64,000 nt of DNA from Myxococcota bacterium (GTDB taxonomy: Bacteria; Myxococcota_A; Bradymonadia; UBA7976; UBA1532), in the NCBI GenBank assembly GCA_036337435.1, contig JAYZEG010000024.1, positions 1 through 64,000 on the forward strand. Direction: 5' to 3'. Position 1 is the stretch's first letter; each line of letters starts with the position of its first letter. Shown here one piece after another: positions 29,991-38,067 of the stretch. Made by a program: the position numbers and the translations under genes. The notes under the pieces are model-generated. The model had not been told where the DNA came from. It did not search any database and saw only the letters and a list, made by a program, of their open reading frames with translations.

Positions 29991-31559
29991 ATGGATGTGA
30001 ACAGCTCTCCGGGCGTGGTTGCTTTCCCACGGCCGGACGGAAATGGAGTCGAGCGACCGAATGGTCTCATGTTCGATTCATTTCTTAGCATAGCAAGTGG
30101 TCTTGGGGCCATTGAGCAGCCCGACCATGACGAATCACAGCATCAGCGTGGTCAAGACGATGGAGATTTGGATGCCAAGTCATCGGTCGAAAACCGTAAG
30201 GCCAGACAGGATGATGATTCGGATCGAGACCGGTCAGATGACCGGCATCTCAGCCGGCGTATGGCGGGAGGAAATCAGCTCAGGACGCTCATTGACCGTA
30301 CGGACACCCAGACCGTAGCCGACCATGAGACAATGTCTGACAAGACGGGTGTCGACAGAGGCAAGGAGTCAATCGACGGAAACGGCGGTTCGGCTGAAAC
30401 CAAAGTTGACCTTTCTGAAGAAACGCAGAGCAAAGACGATCATGAATCATCGGACACAGCGATTGCTGTCGATGTTGATGTAAAGGCTTATACAAAAGCC
30501 GTTGACCTATCAAAGCAGTCCGATGAGGGCTTTGAGTCGATGCCCATTGCCGCAAAGGATTTTGAGACGATTAAGACTCAGCGTTCGAACGACGCCGGGC
30601 AGGACGCCGTGGGCGAGACTGTTGAGGGTGAGGACGTGTCCGAGCTGCTCGAAAGCAAGCGGGCCCTCCATCGTTTACTAGAACAAGAGTTAAATGGACG
30701 AAGATCGGCTGAGTCGAAAACCAAACCGGAGCAATCAATCGAGACGAAAACGAACTCAGATGTTCTCTTAATGGGCGATGACGACGGGGTAGATAAAGGT
30801 CGTTTTCTAGACCGTGAATTGGTCCGTAGAGCCCAGAGTCAGATGGATAAAATGAATGGTCAGTCAGACCTTAAGTCCAGCCATGGGCAAGAACAAAAAG
30901 AGGTTGGTGGCAAAGAAGAGTGGAACAGACTTCTCCAGTTTTCGGCTTCAAATGTTCGACAAGGTGAACAGAAGACTGTCACTGATGGTCAGGCGATGAA
31001 GCTGTTGACATCGGCGGGTCGCGGAACGGAATCAGATGCCACTGCGCCGAAACTATCTCCAACTGCGACAGCAGCGGCTGGACGGACGCCGACCAAAACA
31101 AGCGTGGCCAGCAGTAAAGCGAATGTGCAGAATGCGTCGCTTACACGGAATTTACCTGACGGTGTCGATGATTTGTCGATTCTTCGTCAAATATCAGACG
31201 GTTTGAAGCTGAAAAGTGGGCGATTACAGCGCGCACAGATCCGATTGAATCCAGAAGAACTCGGCACTGTTGATATCAAGATGCAGATGAAGGGCGATTC
31301 TGTGCGGATTTCCGTCTCAACGGAGCACCAATCCGTGGCTGAAATCCTGGCAAATAACCTTGAACAACTCAAACGTGAAATTTTGGCACAGGGTCTGCAT
31401 ATAGAACATGTCGAAGTAAATGGTCAGCTCGCTGATGATGGAACCGGTCAAGGTTCTGACACGACTGAGCAGGATGATTTACAGGAATTTGAACAGGTGG
31501 AAAACCATGATGAAGCTGAGACGCGAACACATGATGGCTTTCTTAATGTCAAAGCGTAG
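29991..31559 (+). CDS. fliK: Hook-length control protein FliK
   Basis: Long low-complexity N-terminus; C-domain 'IRLNPEELGTVDI..L..L...GL....V'. Confidence 0.9.
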   Translation: MDVNSSPGVVAFPRPDGNGVERPNGLMFDSFLSIASGLGAIEQPDHDESQHQRGQDDGDLDAKSSVENRKARQDDDSDRDRSDDRHLSRRMAGGNQLRTLIDRTDTQTVADHETMSDKTGVDRGKESIDGNGGSAETKVDLSEETQSKDDHESSDTAIAVDVDVKAYTKAVDLSKQSDEGFESMPIAAKDFETIKTQRSNDAGQDAVGETVEGEDVSELLESKRALHRLLEQELNGRRSAESKTKPEQSIETKTNSDVLLMGDDDGVDKGRFLDRELVRRAQSQMDKMNGQSDLKSSHGQEQKEVGGKEEWNRLLQFSASNVRQGEQKTVTDGQAMKLLTSAGRGTESDATAPKLSPTATAAAGRTPTKTSVASSKANVQNASLTRNLPDGVDDLSILRQISDGLKLKSGRLQRAQIRLNPEELGTVDIKMQMKGDSVRISVSTEHQSVAEILANNLEQLKREILAQGLHIEHVEVNGQLADDGTGQGSDTTEQDDLQEFEQVENHDEAETRTHDGFLNVKA

Positions 31560-31577
31560 TTTTTCGGAGGTCCAATA

Positions 31578-32231
31578 ATGGATATCGCATCTGCAATGAG
31601 TTCGGCTCGCAACGTTGGAGCGGCGACGGCTGAAGAGAGAACATCCATAGAAAAGGAAGGTTTTCTCAAGTTGCTGATCGCTCAGCTGAGTAATCAGGAT
31701 CCGATGCAGCCCCAGGACTCCGAGAAGTATGTTCAACAGTTCACCCAGTTTTCAAATCTGGAGCAGCTGATGAACTTGAATAAGGGTGTGGATCAATTAT
31801 CGATTGGTCAGCTCAGTAACAATACCCAAGAAGCAATTCGATTCGTCGGCCGAACGGTGGTGGCGAAAGGGGATAGCTTACATTGGGATGAATCAGGGAT
31901 TGCGCCAGTTAAGTACAGTGTTCCGCAGGATGCAGAGAGTGCTGTTGCAACGATTTACGACGCCACTGGAGAGGTGGTTAGAACGGTTCCTGTCAATAGC
32001 AAAGCTGGTCTGCACCAGTTCCAATGGGATGGAACCGATGAAGATGGACGCATGCTGGAGCCAGGCGAATATTCCGTGAATGTTCAGGCCATAGATGCGG
32101 AGGAGAATGAGGTGCCGATAGATACCTATGTCCGCGGTCAGGTCGACGGCATTCGCTTTGATAATGGTTACCCAGAGTTACTCGTTGGCGGGCGCCGCCT
32201 GAGGATGAGTGACATAACAGAGGTTCATTGA
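31578..32231 (+). CDS. flgD: Hook cap protein FlgD
   Basis: 'FLKLLIAQLSNQDPMQP', 'QFSNLEQ', 'FQWDGTD..G'. Confidence 0.95.
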   Translation: MDIASAMSSARNVGAATAEERTSIEKEGFLKLLIAQLSNQDPMQPQDSEKYVQQFTQFSNLEQLMNLNKGVDQLSIGQLSNNTQEAIRFVGRTVVAKGDSLHWDESGIAPVKYSVPQDAESAVATIYDATGEVVRTVPVNSKAGLHQFQWDGTDEDGRMLEPGEYSVNVQAIDAEENEVPIDTYVRGQVDGIRFDNGYPELLVGGRRLRMSDITEVH

Positions 32232-32632
32232 TGGGCAAATACGATGTGTTCCTTAAGGGCGCTTTACATCGGAGCATCGTGGACCCGGTCAATACAGCTG
32301 AATCCTCTTCGAGCCAGGAGGTACGGGGGGGCATCAGTTTTGAGCAGATTTACGCAGCTCAGCTACCGGCGGGCAGCGTAAAACTCTCGCAAGAGGCTCA
32401 GGACTCGCTCAAACGAGCGGGGATTGAGTTGACCCCATTAGAGTTGGACCGGATGGGTCGAGCGATTGATGGATTGAGAGAGGCTGGCGGCCGTAAGGGG
32501 TTGCTGGTGACAAACAAGGTTACGGCAGTCGTTGATGTGACGGAACGTCTCATCACGGCAGCTCAGACCAGACAAGAAGCTAGGGACCAAGTCTTTTGTC
32601 ATGTCGACAGCGTGATGCTGACCGACGACTAG
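32231..32632 (+). CDS. Flagellar operon protein (TIGR02530-like)
   Basis: 'VKLSQEAQDSL..G' and 'ITA.....VF..VDS' pattern; position between flgD and flgE. Confidence 0.7.
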   Translation: MGKYDVFLKGALHRSIVDPVNTAESSSSQEVRGGISFEQIYAAQLPAGSVKLSQEAQDSLKRAGIELTPLELDRMGRAIDGLREAGGRKGLLVTNKVTAVVDVTERLITAAQTRQEARDQVFCHVDSVMLTDD

Positions 32633-32744
32633 ATTTGACGTACGAAATTCGACCAGGGAAGGGTTCGAATTTCAGCGTACTGAGTTGTCAGTACGTTAAT
32701 CGAGCGTGGAGCTTTGCCTCGCGCCATGCACAGGAGGTCTGGCT

Positions 32745-34046
32745 ATGCCAGGACTATTGGGTTCATTGTTTGTTGGCCAAGGAGGCCTGAACACCTCCGG
32801 TATTGGTATCAGTGTTATTGGTGACAATATCGCAAATTCAAATACGACGGGTTTTAAGACCGCTCGTGCGCACTTCGAAGATCTCTTAAGTGAGTTCATT
32901 GTGGGTGCTGCAGGTGCTAACCAGTTGGGTCGTGGTGTGACCCTTCAACGGATTGAGAAGAGTTTCAGCCAAGGTAGTTTTCAGAGCACGGGTGTCCCCA
33001 CGGATCTCGCTATCTCTGGTAACGGGATGTTCGTGTTGAGTGGACTGGCTTTAGGGAAATCTCAGAACGTCTACACGCGTAATGGTGCATTTAGATTTGA
33101 TGACGAAGGGTTCCTTGTCAATCAGGCAGGATATCGAGTTCAGGGTCACAATTCTTCAGAAGCCGGTGAGGTCAGCTCCATCGTAGAAGATGTTAAGATC
33201 GCGCCGGGCCGTTTGCTACAGCCCAATGCAACCGATGAAGTCATCATCAACGCCAACTTTAGACCTGATGATCCGATTTTCGCCTTCGACGTCAACAATC
33301 CTGAAGACACTGCGACCTTTAGAACATCGGTCGTCGCTTTTGATGGGTTAGGTAATCCCCATGAAATCACCGTGTATGGTAGCCGGACTGCGGCCAACGA
33401 GTGGGACATGAACGCCGTGGTTGATGGTGCTGATATCGCCGGTGGTGCTGCGGGTGTCCCAACCCTAATTCCACTGGGCACCTTATTGTTTGATCAGCAG
33501 GGACAGTTGCTCGATGAACAGATTAATAACCCCATCAACATTCCGTGGGCTGGCACAGTTCCGGGTGATGTCACCTTTGAGTTTGGTGATGCCATTAACG
33601 ATGGTGGTACAGGACGTGAGGGCACCACTCAATGGAATGAAACATCGGAAAGTGTCGCTCACTACCAAAGCCAAAATGGGTATGGCACCGGCGAACTCGA
33701 TGGGATTTCCATCGATGACCGAGGTCAAATTATTGGTGCGTTTACCAATGGTAGACAGCAGATTTTAGGCCAGGTGATTTTGGCTAAATTCGCAGACCCA
33801 ACTGGATTGGCGATGGTCGGTGGGAACAACTTTGTTGCGACAGCCGCCAGTGGTGAGGCCATCGTTGGTGAAGCGCGCGGAGGCGGGAGAGGCGCGATCG
33901 TTGCATCAACCCTCGAATTGTCGACCACTGAGCTGAGTGGTCAATTTATCGATTTGATTACCTATCAGCGCGCATTTCAGGCGAATTCCAGAACGATTCA
34001 AACAGCAGATGGCCTGTTGCAGGAGATATTCCAGATTCTAAGATAG
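32745..34046 (+). CDS. flgE: Hook protein FlgE
   Basis: ATG 32745 with AGGAGG SD; 'IGDNIANSNTTGFK', 'DLAISGNG', 'YTRNGAF', 'LELS....QF...I..QRAFQAN'. Confidence 0.95.
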   Translation: MPGLLGSLFVGQGGLNTSGIGISVIGDNIANSNTTGFKTARAHFEDLLSEFIVGAAGANQLGRGVTLQRIEKSFSQGSFQSTGVPTDLAISGNGMFVLSGLALGKSQNVYTRNGAFRFDDEGFLVNQAGYRVQGHNSSEAGEVSSIVEDVKIAPGRLLQPNATDEVIINANFRPDDPIFAFDVNNPEDTATFRTSVVAFDGLGNPHEITVYGSRTAANEWDMNAVVDGADIAGGAAGVPTLIPLGTLLFDQQGQLLDEQINNPINIPWAGTVPGDVTFEFGDAINDGGTGREGTTQWNETSESVAHYQSQNGYGTGELDGISIDDRGQIIGAFTNGRQQILGQVILAKFADPTGLAMVGGNNFVATAASGEAIVGEARGGGRGAIVASTLELSTTELSGQFIDLITYQRAFQANSRTIQTADGLLQEIFQILR

Positions 34047-34078
34047 CGACATCTCAATTTAACTAAATGACGGCATCT

Positions 34079-34563
34079 TGATCGATGTTGGGTGCATGAC
34101 CGCTCGGCGGTGGCTGGTCCAGGGAAGGACCGGTGGTTCGCAACAACTGACCACGGAAGGAAAGGTAACGGACCAGGCACGGCCAAGCGGTCGGCACCCA
34201 GCTGATCATGCTCTAGGATGGAGCATAACGAGATGACCGAAGGAGCAAACGGGTAGAAGACAAAATCAACCTCACCGAGGGGTTGAGCTTTTGACAAATG
34301 ACTCCATGAATCTAGCGACGCACTCGCATCGCTAGATCCTCGCGCATGTACCTGAGGAATACCCAGCCTCATAACAGGGTGCATGTGCAAAAAAAGAGAT
34401 GGGATAGACCCATTTCCCATCTCACAAGGCGCCAACAAGACCCATAACCGATTGGTGCTTACTCGAGTGCCCGGTAGCTACCCACTACCGGGCACTCATC
34501 CCCCTCTCTTTTTGATTGGGGTTGAAGATTGGAATTTGGTACCGCACGATTTTCTCACGTGCG
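34079..34563 (+). ncRNA. Putative highly structured non-coding RNA or UTR between flgE and fliL (multi-hairpin, ANGGA and ACCCA loop motifs); family unknown
   Basis: About 10 consecutive stems read by eye, including perfect 13-bp and two 9-bp stems. The wobble pairs are G-U on the + strand. No credible ORF. Confidence 0.6.
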
Positions 34564-34640
34564 TGTAGACGACATTTGGTTTAATCTCCCACAAAGTAGG
34601 TCAATGTCCTACGGTGGCAGAATGGAAGTTAGGTGCCTTC

Positions 34641-35192
34641 ATGGCTGAAGAGAATGAAGATCCACAGGCAGAAGAAGAGGGCGGAGAAGAGTCCGAAGGC
34701 TCTGGTGGTGGTGGTAAACTGGTCCTAATTATTGGTCTAATCAACACCATTGGACTTATCGGTTTGGCGTACATGGGCATGACTGGTGGCTTCGGCGGCG
34801 GGGGCGGTGGTCCAACGCTCAGTCCAGAGGCCATGGGAGAAAGTGCGCTTCAGGGTAAGAAAACCGTTGAAGACCGGCCCTCGGCCGCGCCCGGACCTAA
34901 AGTAGAGCTTGGTGAGTTGGTGGTTAACCTCAAGGAACCCACGGGCGATCGCTTTCTGAAAATCAAAGCCGAGCTGGAATTAGACAGCGAAGAGACGCGT
35001 GCGGAAGTTGAAGGTCGTTTGACATCGATTCGTTATGAACTCAATCTATTGCTCTCTGGGCAGCGGGTCGTCGATGTCCAGGGGCCTGATGCCATAGAAA
35101 CCCTACGTAAGGCCATGATTAGACGGGCTAATTCTCGATTGGCCAAAGGGCGGATTGTGAACGTTTGGCCCGGCGAGTGGATAGTGCAGTAA
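34641..35192 (+). CDS. fliL: Flagellar basal body-associated protein FliL
   Basis: One N-terminal TM; 'LVVNL....RFLK'; C-terminal 'EWIVQ'; upstream of fliM. Confidence 0.9.
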   Translation: MAEENEDPQAEEEGGEESEGSGGGGKLVLIIGLINTIGLIGLAYMGMTGGFGGGGGGPTLSPEAMGESALQGKKTVEDRPSAAPGPKVELGELVVNLKEPTGDRFLKIKAELELDSEETRAEVEGRLTSIRYELNLLLSGQRVVDVQGPDAIETLRKAMIRRANSRLAKGRIVNVWPGEWIVQ

Positions 35193-35213
35193 TCTTTCTG
35201 GAATGATGAACTG

Positions 35214-36284
35214 ATGGCAGAGCAAATCCTATCGCAAAATGAAATTGATGCCCTCCTTGCGGCCGTCAATGAAGGTGAGCTCGAACTCGACGAAGAGACT
35301 GACAGTGGTCGTGAATCTAGTTCTGATGCGGCGGCTTTTGCCGTCAAATACGATTTGCTCAGTCAAGACCGCATCATTCGCGGTCGAATGCCGACACTCG
35401 ATATCATCAACGACCGCTTTGCCCGACAGTTTCGCATTACGTTGTCCAACAGCCTTCGAAAAATCGTTCAGGTGAACGTCGAAAGCACGAGCTTGATGAA
35501 ATATGGGGAGTTTTTAAATTATCTCCCCATTCCCAGTTGCCTTAATTTGATGAAGCTGAATCCGTTACGCGGGTCTTCAATACTCGCCATCGAGAGCAAA
35601 TTAATTTACGCCTTTCTAAACAATTGGTTTGGCGGCGCAACCAATGCTCAAGAACGTATAGAAAGCCGAGATTTTACCGCCATTGAACTGATGGTCATCA
35701 AGCGGGTTATCGATTTTTTGACATCCGAGTTGGAAAGCGCATGGCAACCCGTCCATCCGATTCAATGCAAATATGTCCGCACTGAGGTCAATCCACAATT
35801 CTTGGCCGTAATCGCACCGAGTGATGTCGTAGTTTTGACGAGTTATGAAATAGAAATTGACGGTTTACGTGGTTCTGTCCAGTTGGTGATTCCATATAGC
35901 TCAATCGAACCCATCAGGCAGCACCTGTCTCGCGGTATCGGGGCGGATGCGGAAGGCGACGATAATGCATGGCGTAATTTGCTGACGGAAAGCCTCAATG
36001 ACGTCCAAACGCGCAGTCAAGTGATTCTGGGCACCAGTCGGATCACAATTCGAGACTTGTTGAAGCTAAAACCGGGTGAAATCATTACTTTAGGCACGAA
36101 CAGGACCGATACCTTGGACTTCATTGTTCAGAAGTCTAAGAAGTTTGAAGTGGTCCCAATGGAACAATCAGGGTATTTAGCTGGCAAGATTACCAAGGAC
36201 ATCCCCCCCCGTTTACCAGACGCATTAACGTTCTTAAAAATAGATAATGAAGACGAAACCGGGGACGAAGATGACGACATTTAG
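35214..36284 (+). CDS. fliM: Motor switch protein FliM
   Basis: 'LSQNEIDALL' CheY-binding motif, 'RMPTLDIINDRFAR', 'EVNPQF'. Confidence 0.95.
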   Translation: MAEQILSQNEIDALLAAVNEGELELDEETDSGRESSSDAAAFAVKYDLLSQDRIIRGRMPTLDIINDRFARQFRITLSNSLRKIVQVNVESTSLMKYGEFLNYLPIPSCLNLMKLNPLRGSSILAIESKLIYAFLNNWFGGATNAQERIESRDFTAIELMVIKRVIDFLTSELESAWQPVHPIQCKYVRTEVNPQFLAVIAPSDVVVLTSYEIEIDGLRGSVQLVIPYSSIEPIRQHLSRGIGADAEGDDNAWRNLLTESLNDVQTRSQVILGTSRITIRDLLKLKPGEIITLGTNRTDTLDFIVQKSKKFEVVPMEQSGYLAGKITKDIPPRLPDALTFLKIDNEDETGDEDDDI

Positions 36285-36310
36285 ACCAAATAAAAGCCAT
36301 TCAATAAAGT

Positions 36311-36326
36311 TGGCACGAGTCCTGCT
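36311..36326 (+). promoter_or_regulatory. Sigma-54 promoter upstream of fliN
   Basis: TGGCACGAGTCCTGCT, with GG at 36312 and GC at 36324. Confidence 0.7.
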
Positions 36327-36353
36327 TTTAGCTTGTGGTGTGGAGGGTCCACG

Positions 36354-36629
36354 ATGAACGACCAATCGAGAGATATTAACTTTCTGTATGATGTTGAACT
36401 CGAATTGTCGGTTGTCTTGGGTACGAACCGCATGCTGATAAAGGATTTACTGCAATTGCAGTCAGGTTCAGTCGTTGAACTTGGCAAGCTGGCAGGCGAG
36501 TCACTTGACGTTGTTATAAACGATAAGATCGTGGCTCGAGGCGAGGCTGTTGTAGTCAATGAGAAGTTTGGGATTCGGCTGACTGAAGTTGTCTCTCCCT
36601 TCGAACGTGTTCAGCATTTGCGGGACTAG
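36354..36629 (+). CDS. fliN: Motor switch protein FliN
   Basis: 'GSVVELGKLAGE', 'ARGEAVVVNEKFGIRLTE'; ATG 36354 with GGAGG SD. Confidence 0.95.
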   Translation: MNDQSRDINFLYDVELELSVVLGTNRMLIKDLLQLQSGSVVELGKLAGESLDVVINDKIVARGEAVVVNEKFGIRLTEVVSPFERVQHLRD

Positions 36630-36716
36630 CTGTAAAAACAGCGTCGTACACAATACACATCAAGGACCCCCGGATATTAACCGATGCGTCTCATGACGAG
36701 ATGATTAGGGGGCCAT

Positions 36717-38063
36717 ATGTACCGCAAGATTCTTATTCTCTTATTCGCAGTCATTGCACCGACTGCTCTCCTGGGCTCAGCCGCTCATGCGAACACATTA
36801 AACGATGTTCTGTATACCGGCTCGTCTGACCGAATTGAATTCCGATTCAAGACCAACCAACCCGTTGAAGCCGATTCCATCTCGGCGCGGACTGAAGGGG
36901 CTGTGTTGGTCGTCACTTTGTCTGAGACCAAGGTGAAGAGGCACTGGCTGAATCTGAAGGATGTGGATATCAAGCGCGCTTTGGTTCACCCGTCTCGTCG
37001 GGGTGCTGACGCGCGACTTCGCGTTCGGTTTCATCAGGCACTCCCAAACGCGGTGATCCAAAATATCCGAGTACGCCAGGAGAACGGGCGTCTCGTTATC
37101 TCCATCCCCCGTGATGAGAAGACGGCATTGTATTGGTCGTCAAACCAACCTTCGGCTCCGCAAAATAAAAATGCAAAGCCGCAAACAGACGCGGCTCAGA
37201 GACCGGCCATAGAGCCAACCAAGACCATCGCCCAAGCTGAAACAAAATCAGCACCCGTGGTAGCGGCTACACCAGCAGTTGAACCCACATCTCAGGTTGA
37301 CAGAGAGCCTGTGGAGACACCGATTGCAGACAAAACCTCAAAACAAACAGCCACAGTCGGTAGCGACGAGAAGCCTGCAGACGCTAATCCGGTTACGCCC
37401 CAAACCACAAATGCCCTTGGGCAAACATCGAACGACGGCCCTCGGATCGGTGCCTTTGCTATGGCTATGCTCTTCTTGGTCTGTGTTGGCTTGGTGATGT
37501 TTAGGAAGCTGCGTAACCGAACGACAGCACCGGGTGATGGCCCTATGATCAAACCAGTCAGCACCCACATGCTTGGGCCGAAGCAAGGTCTACTTCTTGT
37601 GGATGTTGCCGGCGATATGGTTTTACTCGGCACAAGCGACAAAGGCGTCCAAATGCTGACCAAGATTGATGGTCGTGAAATGGTCGATACCGACGCGTTG
37701 TCAAAGCAGGTCACACCGACAGATACACAGATTCCAATGTCCGCTATCGAGGCAAATCAGCGGCCGGCTTTCGCAGAGCGCTTTGGACGCGCAATCAGTC
37801 GGATTCGAGAAGCGACCCAGGGAACACAGCAGTATGCAGCCTATCACGCGAATGCAACCCGTCGTCAGGATGAAGAATCCGGCCACTTGGACCACCTTCT
37901 CAACAAGGTCGAGGATGTACACCACGGTGCCTCTGGACGAAACTCGAGACGTGACTTTGCGCCCCTTGAAACCCGCGCTGAAGAGTCGGTCTATGCGGCG
38001 CAACCTCCCGTTGTGCAAAACGATGACCTTTTGAACAAACTCCGAAGTCTACAGGGCGCATAA
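36717..38063 (+). CDS. fliO: FliO with large N-terminal periplasmic (AMIN-like) domain and long C-tail
   Basis: Signal peptide, beta-domain, linker, TM, then the FliO core 'LGPKQGLLLVDVAG...LLG'; between fliN and fliP. Confidence 0.75.
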   Translation: MYRKILILLFAVIAPTALLGSAAHANTLNDVLYTGSSDRIEFRFKTNQPVEADSISARTEGAVLVVTLSETKVKRHWLNLKDVDIKRALVHPSRRGADARLRVRFHQALPNAVIQNIRVRQENGRLVISIPRDEKTALYWSSNQPSAPQNKNAKPQTDAAQRPAIEPTKTIAQAETKSAPVVAATPAVEPTSQVDREPVETPIADKTSKQTATVGSDEKPADANPVTPQTTNALGQTSNDGPRIGAFAMAMLFLVCVGLVMFRKLRNRTTAPGDGPMIKPVSTHMLGPKQGLLLVDVAGDMVLLGTSDKGVQMLTKIDGREMVDTDALSKQVTPTDTQIPMSAIEANQRPAFAERFGRAISRIREATQGTQQYAAYHANATRRQDEESGHLDHLLNKVEDVHHGASGRNSRRDFAPLETRAEESVYAAQPPVVQNDDLLNKLRSLQGA

Positions 38064-38067
38064 GACC

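Noticed and set aside
23608..31585. GGA motifs at the starts of flgC, fliF and flgD as CsrA sites
   Set aside because: Fully explained by SD sequences and ATG-GA(A/T) codons; no supporting hairpins.
34060..34088. Sigma-28 promoter for the RNA (TAAA...ATCGATGT)
   Set aside because: Spacing is 13 nt rather than 15 and the -10 match is weak.
34079..34208. 6S RNA interpretation of the rod with central bubble
   Set aside because: It is only ~130 nt, the bubble is purine-rich on both sides, and the context is atypical. Not excluded without an Rfam search, but not supported.
34342..34497. CRISPR-like or REP array
   Set aside because: Only a 5-nt loop motif recurs; stems differ, spacing is irregular, and no cas genes are present.
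33998..34568. ORFs 33998-34438 (-) and 34383-34568 (+) in the flgE-fliL gap
   Set aside because: No recognisable motifs, no SD, and atypical composition; the region is better explained by RNA structure.
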